64,000 nucleotides of DNA, from NCBI RefSeq assembly GCF_964204645.1, contig NC_134029.1:10318850-10382849 (forward strand), written 5' to 3'. The notes under the pieces were generated by a model that saw only the letters and a list, made by a program, of their open reading frames with translations, searched no databases and was not told the DNA's origin. How positions within the stretch are numbered: the first letter of the stretch is position 1; each line of letters opens with the position of its first letter. A program made the position numbers and the translations under genes. Shown in pieces: positions 1 to 11,958 of this stretch. This stretch comes from Tubulanus polymorphus (taxonomy: Eukaryota > Animalia > Nemertea).

Positions 1-255
1 GCTAAACAAGTGCCTGCAGAATCGTTTCCTGGCAGTTTTAATGGAATTTCTTTCTTCATTGGTATATGACTTTAAAGAGGTCCATGGAACGTAAATCGAG
101 ACACAGTGTAGGCGGCCATGTTACATTGTTCATGTGATGAAATACTGAAATCTGATTGGATCCGTAAAATCCGCGGAAGATGGCGGACGGGTAAAACCGG
201 GACAGGCAACCAGTCTAGACTTCTATCTGGTGAGCGTTCCGTTTGTTTTCATTTT

Positions 256-399
256 AACTAGTGAGGTTGGAGTTTGGAGGTGTTGTGCCAACTAGTGAAG
301 TTAGGCATTGAAGATTTTGCGCCAACTAGTAAGGTTGGGCAGTGAAGATTTTGTGCCAACTAGTGAGGTTGGGCAGTGAAGTAATGGCTAGAGGGTTAA
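256..399. repeat. 34-bp minisatellite, about 4 units, followed by GGG-TTAA (possible piggyBac-like end)
   Basis: AACTAGT at 256, 290, 324 and 358 (period 34); GGGTTAA at 393-399. Confidence 0.7.
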
Positions 400-2699
400 T
401 GACGTGTATCGGCAAATTATACGGTTAATGTGGCCCGAAGCACCTTTGGCTAAAGTTAGTTTGCTTTTATGATGTCTTATCATACGAATACTGCTCACAA
501 ATTCATACATCTTGATCATTGTTATTATTGAGATATCTCGGGCTGCAACACAATATAAAGCTTATATTCATTATTATGCAATATGCACTCACTCACTTTT
601 GTCATCCGGTTAACCTTTGTTTGGCTCGGGCTTTTGGGAATTTCCTCGTCGTTCTCAGGGTGAATTATACCTTTGAACATTTTTACACTTAAAGAACATG
701 AACGTTCGGCTTGGGGTTTTCCTGGTTATATTTTGACCCAATTTTTAGCGTTCATTTCTATTACTTACTGAATTTGTTTTGGCTACTGGGGTTGGACATT
801 TGCCCCAGGTTGAACTTGTACTGTGGTATAAGCCTACCATAAAGCGGCTTCTTGATTTTTTGAGACCTGTCTATCTATCTGCCTGGATATCTAGCGCTTT
901 ATTGTACTTGTAAAGTCCCTTCCTCTCATGATTTTGTGAATTTTGGTGAGAAAGGTTTGCTGCTAAGTATGTTATCTTGCTTTGGGAATAAATATTTTTG
1001 TGTTGGTGAGTTTTGGGAATAGACCAGAAGAATGAGAAAGGGAAAAGGGTAGACGAAAGTTATTTCCTCCCAATACTCTACAGTGGACAAGTATACTAGG
1101 AGGAGTTGATTTCACTGAGGAAACGGATAGTTTCTCAGTGACATCAGCGACACCAGTGTAAAAGTCCGATACTACACAGTTTGCCTGGACGACGAGTCCG
1201 TATTGTTGCTAGATTGGCCCCCTCGTTTGCCCAATGGTGTCGATTCTTGCGATTCGCTTCTTTTGGTACTCGCCCACCCTCGCCCACCGTCCCTATCTTT
1301 GTCGCCTCCATTTACATTCGTCTGCCAAAAGCCATTTCCCCCCAATACTCGACAGTGAACGAATATACATTAGAAGTTGATGTCACGAGGAAACGGATAA
1401 TTTTGTGCTTATTGAAATAACTGCTGGACGTGTAGATGAGGCTACATTGTTTAACATCGAAATGCCCCGCTAATATTTCACTGAAAATTTGCAATAGTCA
1501 TTATTTCAAACCATAAAAATTCCCCCAAGTAAAAATGCTCAAATATGTAATATCAATGTTTCGTAGCAATATCTCTGAAAACATGTTTAATTGAAATTTC
1601 AAAAAGTTGTTCCACTACCGTATTTGTTCACCTCCGAGGGGTGTTTGCTGTTGCTGTTCCGCTTTATGAGGCAACAGTGACGAGAATGTTGATACTGGAA
1701 TTGGACAGAGCATCATATATAAACCTAATGGAAAAATATCAACCAAGTTTTAACCGGTTATTAACCCTAAGAAAATAGTTTTTGAACCGGTTTGTTTTTG
1801 CTATATTGATCTAAATAATTACGTCTTACTGTGTGCCACATCATGCTGATAAAATCGGTTACGTCTCGTTAAAGCCACTCTGGTCCTATACGGATAAAAA
1901 ACTGTTTTGAAACATTTGGTTACTAATCCAACGATGATGACGTCACTTGGTTATATATACATATCAATGCATAATATCAATGTATAACATCGTATAACCG
2001 AAACTTCAGAGCCCATGGGCCTCTTGTTATCTTTCGTGCTCAGTCTTGTGACATCGTAAATGTGGGGGTGCGCAAAAGCGTACATGCTAGTGGGATCTTC
2101 CAGATTATCGATCTTGGATTTGAGTCGTTTGAAGGTTGTGGTCGGGTCGAATCGTTAAGGTTGTTCGAACTGCGGATTTATCTAATATATTGACATGGAT
2201 AGATAGCGCACTCATCGGAATGAATTAGTATTAATATTTCCTGGCTGTTGGCTTATCACACAGCATATTTCCAACGTAATCACTACTGGAAATCCTTGAA
2301 TAGAATAATGTTTTATTGCGTAACAAAAAATACAGTTGCTTAGATCACAAAACAAAATTATAGAAATTGATAATTAATGCGGTTTACATATTAGCAGATA
2401 ATAAACAAATATTAGCGAACATAAAAGACTCAGAGAAATTTGGTAGTGGCTTTGATAAATTGGGTAAGTTGTTCAAGCTGTTTGCCTTTAGTTTTCATTA
2501 GTAGGGTAGATTTGTACTTGTTTGGCCTAGTTCTAAAGAAATAGCTTTAAGAATTTAGTGCGGACGTCTCGGATAAAAAGGGCATAAATGATAAAATCAT
2601 GAGAGAAATGGACTTGACGTGCATGTAAGCGCTAGGTATCCAAAGACAGGTTTCAAACAAACAAAAAGCCGTTTCTCGATGGTAGGCTACCAAAGTACA

Positions 2700-3006
2700 A
2701 GTTCAACCTGGGCAAATCCCCTGTAGCCAAAACAAATTCAGTAAGTAACAAATATGAACGCAGAAAATTGCGTCAAAAGATACAAAATATAACCAAGAAA
2801 ACCCCAGGCTGCTACAAATCAATTCCTGTACGACTGTTATCAATGAAAAATCAATTGTTCGACATCGTTTTGGCTGCAGATGCAATGCACCAATCCATTG
2901 GAGCGTCGTCAGAACTCCCCATAACTGGAATCCGTCTACAAATGATGGACGAAAAGTGAACGCAATAGCCCGTTAAGACTCAACTAAGTCTTTTAGTGGG
3001 CTAATA
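2700..3006 (-). mobile_element. Partial Helentron/HINE-like element
   Basis: ATAACTGGAATCCGTCTAC..GGACGAAAAGTGAACGCAATAGCCCG..GGGCTAA matches the ends of the copies at 34134-34219 and 58540-58630. Left boundary approximate. Confidence 0.65.
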
Positions 3007-3299
3007 CAAGCACCTGACTCCGTCCTGTATTGCGTAGATATACAGTCAGGATTATAACATCATTTTTGACTGGTAAAAAACCTTGATATTCTATATTCTG
3101 ACATAACACATAAGAATCGATGCGTAATTTGACCTGTCAAAATTGACGAACAGTTTGACACGACAAAATCGCTTTCGTGACAGTAATGATAAAAATAACA
3201 TTTATTTACGGTAAAACATCTCAACAGATTTAACAGTTTACGGATAGTGATAGAACATGATTGAAATACAAAAGATGGCAGTGGTGGTCCAGCCTATGA

Positions 3300-3814
3300 A
3301 ATTATTCCTTAAAGATTAATTTATTCAACAGTGGCGGAAATGGCTACCAAAGATACCCTTTGTAATTATAGAATGATTAAAAAGAATTTTGAATTTGAAA
3401 AATACCTTATTGAGTTACCGGCGAAATACTGTAACTATTTGCTACGATACCGTGCCAATAATCATTATTTACCTATTGAGATGGAAAGATATACGAAAAA
3501 GAAAGAAGAAAGACTATGTACAATATGTAATTCAGGCGAAATTGGTGATGAATACCACTACTTTATGATCTGTCATTCTCACACTGATCTAAGAAGAAGT
3601 CACATAACTAGTGATTATTACGATAATCCATCCGAGCTAAAATATTACGAGTTATTGAATACAAAGTACCCGAATTTATTAATGAATATTATTGATATGT
3701 TGAAATGTTCTGTAGATATTTTGTTTTTTAGATAGTGTGTTGGTACAAATGTTTTTCTATATCCTTATACAATTGACATTGTCAGGATGAATAAAGTTAT
3801 CTTATCTTATCTTA
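3300..3814 (+). mobile_element. 5'-truncated non-LTR retrotransposon 3' end (RTE-X/CR1-group-like C-terminal zinc-binding region)
   Basis: ORF 3331-3735 has NHYLPIE-x-x-RY..RLCTIC..IGDEYHY..C; AATAAA at 3790 followed by a (TTATC)3 tail; homologous to the ORF at 62937-63611. Confidence 0.85.
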
Positions 3815-5525
3815 GCGAATACCGCTTGAGCTCAAGATTTCCCCACAACATGTTCGATTTAAGTCAATATTTGCCTGCATGTGACTTATACACACTAACA
3901 TGTATCGTTTGTCTCGCCGATACTTGTCGTAAGTAACTGGTAGTGAATCGGTGCACCAGTAGTAGCTAGTAGTACTATACTATAGTAGTTTATAGTATAT
4001 AATTCCTGTTTAAAAATTGCCGATATAGCATCTGAGAGCACCTAAAATTTCATATTTCTTCGGTCAGCTATTCGGGAGACAATATCACTTGAGCAGTACT
4101 CAGATTTGACCCCTGAATCCGCCACTGAATGGACAAATCGTAGACGATCGTAGAAACACTGTCAGAATCTATCGAAATCCATGTAAAATTGACACTTCAA
4201 AAATCCTTGTTAGAAGGTTTTTGACAAGTCAACTGACGCGTCATTTCACCCATCAATCAACATGTCAAAATTGATGTGATGCAGTCGCCGTAGATATACC
4301 ACCAAAATTCTTTTCTTTTTCGGGCCGTGATGATTCCACGGTCTCATATCAGTTACACTAAGATATTCATTCGTTTTATTTCTTATTCAAGTAATGTGTC
4401 GAAAATAAAGAACAGCAAGTTTCTGGCTATTGGGCTGCACATCGGCTGGGCGACTGTATGATCACATCAATTCGTCAAAAGATACGTCAAAAAGGGTTCA
4501 AAAATATCAAATTTTGATAGTGTATCAAAAGTCTCGTCATTTATGACTACAAACTACTTGTTAAACCGTTAGAAGATTTATCTAAATATCAAAAAAGTTT
4601 CAAATAAGATTTGGACGTGTCACAAATGATTTTACAATTTCGACATGTATCCACACCATAATAGTTCAGATACATCAACGGTAATCGAAACTATTGATTT
4701 GTTCAGGCACTCGAGAAAATGTATTGAAAAATAAACTGATATTTCCAATTACAAAATATACATAGCTTCCAATATTTGAATAATTATGTTCAGAGAATTG
4801 AGCATGAAAAGCAATCATGAACATGTACTCTGTACTTGCGTTAGATTAATGTGAAACAGCTGCTATGTGTACATACAGCAATTATGTCGATTTAAACCTC
4901 TGAAATTGATTAAATATGTAACCAGTATAGGCTACTCTTCTACATAAAGCCGCATCATTTTACGAGAAGAAATACGTGTTAGCACAAAATCAAAGTTAAA
5001 CTATCTACTAAAAGTAAATATGGTAAATTCACCTCATTAGTAAATCGAAATCGCTTACGTTACTAACCGCATTACTTCCAGCTAGATGCTTTTGAAAATC
5101 TTATCACAAGACCACCTGCGCGCAACACGTAGTACGCAAGTTAATAAAAGTGTACATCTGCTCATCTGAACTGTTAACAATATCATCCAGTAATAGAAAT
5201 CATTCGTCATTCAGTATTCAGGAAGTACATATCCACATTAACCCCAGTCCCCATCAGTAACTAAAACAATTAGTCCCGTAGTCGAAAATGCCGTTTAGGC
5301 GTGTTACTTTACGCGTAGTATAATCACAGTCGTCAGAATCTCTAAACAAGTCAGTACACGGTCTGTACGGATACATATCACATTACAGTACTCGGTACGG
5401 TACAATGTGCGATTAACGATACGATTTGGCCGTAATTTGAATGTCCAAAAAGCAGAATATAATGAACAAGAACAACTGTAAAACTCGACTAATAATCAAA
5501 TAGTTAACATTCCAAACTTTGAGGC

Positions 5526-7616
5526 TTATGAGCAATCATTGAGCGGCTCTGGCCCCATGGTAGAAAAGTTATTTTTACAGGCGCATCTTTTACACTTATC
5601 AAACATTTTTCTGACCAAGAAGAACCTTTTCTCCGCCAGCATCATGATTTCCAGTCGGTTCAGTTTGACTAAAGTGGATTTAGTGCTCACCAGTTCATCG
5701 TACGTCGATGATAGCACCGCAATCAGGAAATTAAGTAAAGTTATCGTTATAGTGAACACGAAAGCCACGTGTATTGCTGCTTTAGTATAGGAAACATTTA
5801 CGACCGAAATGACTTGGCCTGCGATAGTCCGGTTTTTATGCGTAATCGCCCCCAGAGCTTCGATATCTTGCATCAGCAGAAAGGTACGGTATATGGCATA
5901 TTCCCAAGTACATACTGTGTATTCAGGGGGACAGAGGAATGGTTTCAACATAAGCACGTATCCTCCGATAATAAAGAAGAACACAACCAAAAACGTAATC
6001 ATTGAACTCAAAATTCGCCGAAACCCGATTATGAAATACCCGAAATGGCTGTTCATCTGGAAAAAGTACATGATTGAGAACACCACCAAGAAGTCGTGTA
6101 CTCCTTGAAGCAACGCATTCGTTTTTCCAGTTTTCATAATGCTGATCGAAATCGCGAAGCAAAGTAAAGCCAATCCAAACTGTGGGATACGAAAGAATAA
6201 GTTTCCGGTCAAGAAACTTGGACGGTTTCTATGATCGTGATATATTTGATCGCGTTTCCTACGTCGAAAAAGCCAATCAAGAAGATCGAAAATGTCAAAA
6301 ATCATTATGAAAGTAGCAATTACAGCCAGGAATGCCCAGTATCCCCACGTCATAATTCCTTTGACGTCATAATTGCCTTGTGTATCCACGTGTTTATTTG
6401 CATATGCCAGTGGGAGCATAGCTAGGCAAACGAAGGTTCGAAAAATAATCCAAATCCAAAGGAATATGTAGTTTCTCTTATATGTGTCCTTGATCCATGC
6501 ATTGATGATCGGCAAATCGATGATTTTCGATTCGACCAATTTCTGTAGATCTTCTTCGGCTGAATAGCGCAGAAACTCCAACGGTGATACGGGTTCTCGT
6601 TTGCCGTCGCAACCGTAGTCGTGCAACTCGTATCGGTTTTTCACAAACAACCCCAAAATACTCAACCTTTTTCTGTAGACACCTTCGAGTTCGACGATAT
6701 CTTTAAACATCTCATACGAATTGTGTTTTATTGCTATTTCTAACGGTCTCAGGCCGATCTCGTTGTCACTTAGAAACATTTTCTTTCTCTCCTCCTCATT
6801 CGGAAGGGAATCGATCAAATAGTGTAGTATCTCACGATATTCTTCCATTTTCTGAGGTCTTAGGCCAGCCGATAGTGCTAAAGCATGGACGATTGTGTTT
6901 TCCCCTGAATCACGAATGTGTATGTCAGCTCCGTACTGGACCAATAATTTCAACACACCTACAGACCCCCAAGCAGCAGCAATAATCAACGGGCGTCGAA
7001 ACAAATAACTTGAGTACGGCTTTGGAAACTGCTTTTTGTCGATGTAAATACCAAACATCTCCTCGTATGGCATTTCAAGATTCATTAAACTTACTCGGCT
7101 TACTTTTGATGTTATATTCAAACACTGCTGCATCCACTCCACGTCATCGTTGGTTAGAGCTTCCAAGAACCGGGGTAACAGTGACATTATCTCCATACTT
7201 ATTGCTTTTAAACTTCCATCATATATAGCGCTACCGTTATTTTCCAATTTTGCAGAATGTACCTCAACATCCGGAATCACAATATTTGTATCTTCTTTGA
7301 GAATTGAAATGCCACCTTCACCGCCAAATTGGTCCCTTCCATTGTTTGGACTAGGCGTTGCTGGGCTTTCTGCTGTGTCGTCATCTTGTTCATCCGTCTC
7401 AGAAATTGGACTTTCAGTTGAAGGCGGAGATAGTTCATTAAGTGACATCGAAACCATCGAAAAGTCCGAATTACTAACGGAAACGTTGTCATCGCTACCG
7501 TCATGAGCTTTGTTATCTATGCCCGAATTGGTAGTCTCAGCCGCAGTATCTGTCAACGTTTTGTTGTCGTTTGAAAACAACGACGTGAGCCGATCTAGAA
7601 TACTCCCGGAAGCCAT
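5526..7616 (-). CDS. TRPV: TRPV-like cation channel (ankyrin repeats plus 6 TM segments), coding region in one exon
   Basis: Uninterrupted ORF of about 696 aa from ATG 7616, with a splice acceptor ttttctctcag just upstream (7628-7630). Ankyrin motifs RPLIIAAAWGS, ENTIVHAL and GLRPLEIA; six hydrophobic segments; pore helix IYRTFLLM; S6 signature LLNFLIAVLSSTY. Confidence 0.88.
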   Translation of the reverse strand: MASGSILDRLTSLFSNDNKTLTDTAAETTNSGIDNKAHDGSDDNVSVSNSDFSMVSMSLNELSPPSTESPISETDEQDDDTAESPATPSPNNGRDQFGGEGGISILKEDTNIVIPDVEVHSAKLENNGSAIYDGSLKAISMEIMSLLPRFLEALTNDDVEWMQQCLNITSKVSRVSLMNLEMPYEEMFGIYIDKKQFPKPYSSYLFRRPLIIAAAWGSVGVLKLLVQYGADIHIRDSGENTIVHALALSAGLRPQKMEEYREILHYLIDSLPNEEERKKMFLSDNEIGLRPLEIAIKHNSYEMFKDIVELEGVYRKRLSILGLFVKNRYELHDYGCDGKREPVSPLEFLRYSAEEDLQKLVESKIIDLPIINAWIKDTYKRNYIFLWIWIIFRTFVCLAMLPLAYANKHVDTQGNYDVKGIMTWGYWAFLAVIATFIMIFDIFDLLDWLFRRRKRDQIYHDHRNRPSFLTGNLFFRIPQFGLALLCFAISISIMKTGKTNALLQGVHDFLVVFSIMYFFQMNSHFGYFIIGFRRILSSMITFLVVFFFIIGGYVLMLKPFLCPPEYTVCTWEYAIYRTFLLMQDIEALGAITHKNRTIAGQVISVVNVSYTKAAIHVAFVFTITITLLNFLIAVLSSTYDELVSTKSTLVKLNRLEIMMLAEKRFFLVRKMFDKCKRCACKNNFSTMGPEPLNDCS

Positions 7617-7822
7617 TTCAATTATCACTGAGAGAAAATTGAATAAGCATGTACATCCGCCAGACAATATTTCACACACTAGTCAGAATCAACTTACGAT
7701 CACGTTTAGCTGGGGAAAAAAGTCGATGCAATATGAACGATTGATTCCTCGTGCGTGCGTCATCTGGTGTTGGAATGATGTTGAGTGCACCCACTTTCCC
7801 TATACAGACACATGTTTCCTCA

Positions 7823-8070
7823 TAGTTTGAATATAATGCTATAAGCAAATTTCAGTAGTTAACATTCGATGATTTAGAAAATCGTTATCTATAGTGTCTC
7901 TTTATATTTGCATTATCGAAGTTAATATTAAATGGATTTCTATCGTAGTTTTAATATAATACTATAAGCAAATTTCAGTAGTTAACATTCGATGATTTAG
8001 AAAATCGTTATCTATAGTGTTTCTTTGTATTTGCATTATCGAAGTTAATATTAAATGGATTTCTATCGTA
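7823..8070. repeat. Tandem duplication, 2 x 123 bp
   Basis: ATAAGCAAATTTCAGTAGTTAACATTCG at 7841 and 7964; the units are nearly identical. Confidence 0.9.
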
Positions 8071-9524
8071 ATGCGAACATTTTATGCCGTTGATGATCCC
8101 TTCCCTAAACCGCTAGTTTTGAAACGGGGGGGGGGGTGAAATAGGGGTTAAAACTAAAAGATTGAAATCGGATAACGTAGATTGATTTATTTAATACGAT
8201 ACACGCAACGCCACATCTGTTGCCGTATGGGCGCACATTCTCACATTACTAAGTTTAATATTACCTTATCGAATGCATATTCTGCGAAACAAAGGTTTAT
8301 ATTAATCGAAATTGTATATTCTAATAATAAGTCGTTTAAGATAGTCTGTAGCACATTCGATCGTCACAGCTGTTTCCCGAAGCACTCTCGTAAAATGTTA
8401 ATCTGCAATTTGTTACGTCATTCTTGAAAAAAATACCTTGCACGGGTGGGGACCGTATCATTACTCCGAAGTTTTTTTTTGTACCATAGACTTTCGTGGT
8501 GCGATTAGTTCCATTCAAATCTTTAATATTCAAAGCTGAAACGTTGGATACGATTTCCGTGAAACATTCTATTTTACGTAGTGATAAGCATTTAAACTTG
8601 GGTATTTTTTCCACGAAAAGTTGTTGTATCCAAAAGTGCTCTATTTGGCTTTTGGGTCGTCGCAATAACACCATAATTTCCCTATGATTTGGACACCAAT
8701 GTTACATAAACGAAAATCAATTAATCATACCCACCTGTGGCATCGTTTATGACCTTAAGATTGTCACTATATCCGTAGAATTTTTCACAAATTGATTCAA
8801 TCTATCGGCGCTTTTCACAAATTCCAATTCATCAGGACACTAATTCAATTTCTATTCGGTCGAAAATGATGGTTATTCATTAAGGTACCAGGACACCGAA
8901 TCAATCATGCATTCTAACTCACGCAATAAAGTGAATTTATTCACTTTTGGCAACCATCTCTTGTTACAATACATAAATCATGTGACATCGTTTTCAAATC
9001 ATGTCTTCAACAAACTAAACAACAAATGAAAGACGAGTTAATCCTTAATGTGCCATCACAATGTTTTTAAATCTTCGGGCGATTTAATCCAGTTATCATC
9101 TGCGGCAAAGCAGAAATCACAGGTTTTATAAAAAGAAAATAAAGAAAGTTTATCTTTGGAATATGATTATCACAACATTTAACTTCAAATTCTGAATTGC
9201 ATTTAATTAAACACAAATAATGTCTGATGCGATATAATATTTGTCATACGTATCTACAGCGCACCAATATAATTAGCTTTAGTTACATTGACCAGCATCT
9301 TGTTATTTCCCTAAATTTCTAGGATGAGAAACTAAGGTTTCTAACAAAACATTGGCTTCTGACTAACAAATATTGACTCCTGGCCCCACCCCGAAGCATG
9401 CATGCACAACTTCGGTCATATAAATATATTACTACGCTAGTTTATATATGAATATCATATGAAATCGAGAATTGAATAATAAAGTATTAGTACATATATA
9501 TCTACTATGTTCAGTTCGAATTAT

Positions 9525-9927
9525 TCAGCCGATTCGCATCCAAACATCGTATAACCATTCTCCCGATACTCCAGATGAGTTCAATTGAAATCCGTTACTA
9601 AGCAACGTGTCTCTCACCAAACCTCGTGACCAAACATTTGTCAGCGTCACTTTCAAATATCCGTCAGCTAATGTAACCACATCCGCCGACCCACGATCAA
9701 AAGTATACGAACTATCCTTGTATATGATTTCACGAAAGGTCATGGTAGCGCTTTGCATAGGGGTGCCATCTTTCGACCGGATCACGTGCTCTACTCGGGG
9801 GAAAAATTCAAGTTCGGTCAGAACGTTCATCCTTGCCGTAAGCTCAACCGACACGTGTTCAGGGGATTCTACTAGAGTGCTTTTAACTTCAATCGATGCG
9901 ACCGTTACATTTGAAGAGCCGGAATAG
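9525..9927 (-). CDS. Probable terminal exon of an unidentified beta-strand-rich protein (may belong to a pseudogene)
   Basis: Acceptor ttttatttcag at 9928-9930, then about 134 open codons of protein-like composition to TGA at 9525. Confidence 0.5.
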
Positions 9928-10645
9928 CTGAAATAAAACATTCTGTTCAGTGATATACTCGCTTTATAAGGTGAGTTTTAAGCTAGCAAAATTCTATATC
10001 GTATCTTATCAACGTAAATATTTACAATCGCGCAAGGTTAGTTTTATATTCAGATGCGTTTTTCAACAGTGAGTGTTGAGTATTTGTAGTTACGCCGTCA
10101 TCATACACCGGGTGGTACTGAGGTGAATTTTTTGGACGCCTTATAAAATGTTACCGATATGAAACCTAAACAATGTTGGACCATTCAGCATCATTTTACA
10201 AATCACCACTGTAAATCGATGTGCAAAACGTCACAGGTCTATGTGTACACATACAAGCTATCGGCAAAATATCATTGTCAAAGATGTAGAATGTCTTCCT
10301 GAGATTGTATAATGAGCCCTATTTGAACGTCGAAATATTATATTGCATTGAATATCACGAGAAGACGTATTGTAATAGTAATGGATGTATGATTATATCA
10401 GAAGCGGCAGGCATAAATAGAAATGATAAGTAGATCGGATTATTCGGTCAAAATGGCGGATGTATACACGATGCAGAAGTCTGATATATAAGTAAAACCC
10501 TGACATGGGGATGCTGGTGGAATGACGAAGCGATCTACGATCTGTGTAGGGCCGGCGTGAATTTTATCGGCGGCTACAAACGGTCATGAAAATGCATAGC
10601 TGTTGTACACGGCTCCACATCCTCTAATGGTATGTTTATCAGGGG

Positions 10646-11010
10646 GACAATTCAATTCAGTTCTTTATTGATCCGAATCCCAACTTCAATAAAGTTACAA
10701 ATTTTGAAATAAGAAAATGCAATATACAAAACACAAGTTACAAATTAAAAAATAAGAAAATACAACAAAACACATGCGTAATTCTTACAGAAGAACATAA
10801 ACAAGTTATTTCAAATGACAAGTCTCCTGTACTTCAACCCAAGAAGAGGATATCGAGTGGCAGCCAAAACGACTGGGCTAGGCCACACGATATGCTCCAA
10901 AGTCATGATGAAGCAGACATCAGAAGAACTCTTTCCTCGGCCATGGAGCCAATGAAGTTTGCAGACCAGCTTAGAGGCAAAAGTGAAACGAAGTCGGTCG
11001 TGTGACAATT
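10646..11010 (-). mobile_element. Truncated LINE-like 3' fragment with a possible 7-bp TSD
   Basis: On the minus strand it ends AATAAAGAACTGAATTGAATTG; GACAATT occurs at both 10646-10652 and 11004-11010. Confidence 0.55.
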
Positions 11011-11958
11011 TCTAATAAACAAATTAAACCATTATTTACAGTCGAAGGCCTGTATCACCTACCCAATCGCCAACTCTCATAATTCCTCAAATTTCTTAAA
11101 ACTTCGATTTCAAATTTGCAATCCCACATTAGTATCCCAAAAATTCTACATTTTTTTCGCAGGCGTCAAATAATTTATCAAAATTAATTTTCTTGTCTAT
11201 AGTTATGCCGTCATCGTACACATCATAAACCAAATCTAGTGCCGAGTGTCGGGATTGAAAAGATATATGTGATATTCATTTTAAGTTTTTATATAGGCCT
11301 AACATAGATATGCCTATATAGATAATCCACAATACATATGAAATGAAATGATATGAAGTACAGGCCTATTTGATTAAACAAATCTATCATTTGTATCATA
11401 TTATGATATATTATTATTATTAACAAATTCGCCTAGTATTTCTAAATTTGGGTTGTTTTGATACGTCAAAGACCCAAACGTTATTCAGATTTAAGAAATA
11501 TTCTGGAAGTTATTTACCGTCGAAAAAAACTGTAGTTCATCACCCGTTGCAGACAAGGATATAATCTGTCAATTCATTGATGGGTAAAGATCCAATCGGA
11601 ATAGACTGGTCACTAAATCGTCATCAAGCTGATTAATATAGTTTTTAAATTAAACATCATTTTTATATTGCATTATGTTTAGGCGATAAGCTGAAGGTCA
11701 GTGCCATCTGGTACTTAATAACCATTGTATATGGCTATACACAATTGACCTCAGCGCCGCCTGATGTAGGATGACGGCTAACTACAAAATTTCCAACGCT
11801 TACTTTTGAAAAAAAGAACCTCTGATAGAATTGAAAAATTGATTTGCAAGATTATGAATAACGTTGTTAAAGTACGATATAGAGTTTGCTAGGATGACAT
11901 TCCATTGCATTTGTTGAATGGATCAATTGTATAACGCAATATACGTTTATTCATATTA

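Noticed and set aside
1062-1403. Diverged direct repeat of about 70 bp as possible LTRs
   Set aside because: Too short, with no TG..CA ends, primer-binding site or coding interior.
7617-7679. N-terminal extension of the 717-aa ORF
   Set aside because: It starts at a non-ATG codon and runs through a polypyrimidine-AG acceptor, so it is mostly intron.
5539-7830. Plus-strand ORFs overlapping the TRPV gene
   Set aside because: Antisense shadows of the real coding sequence with no motifs of their own.
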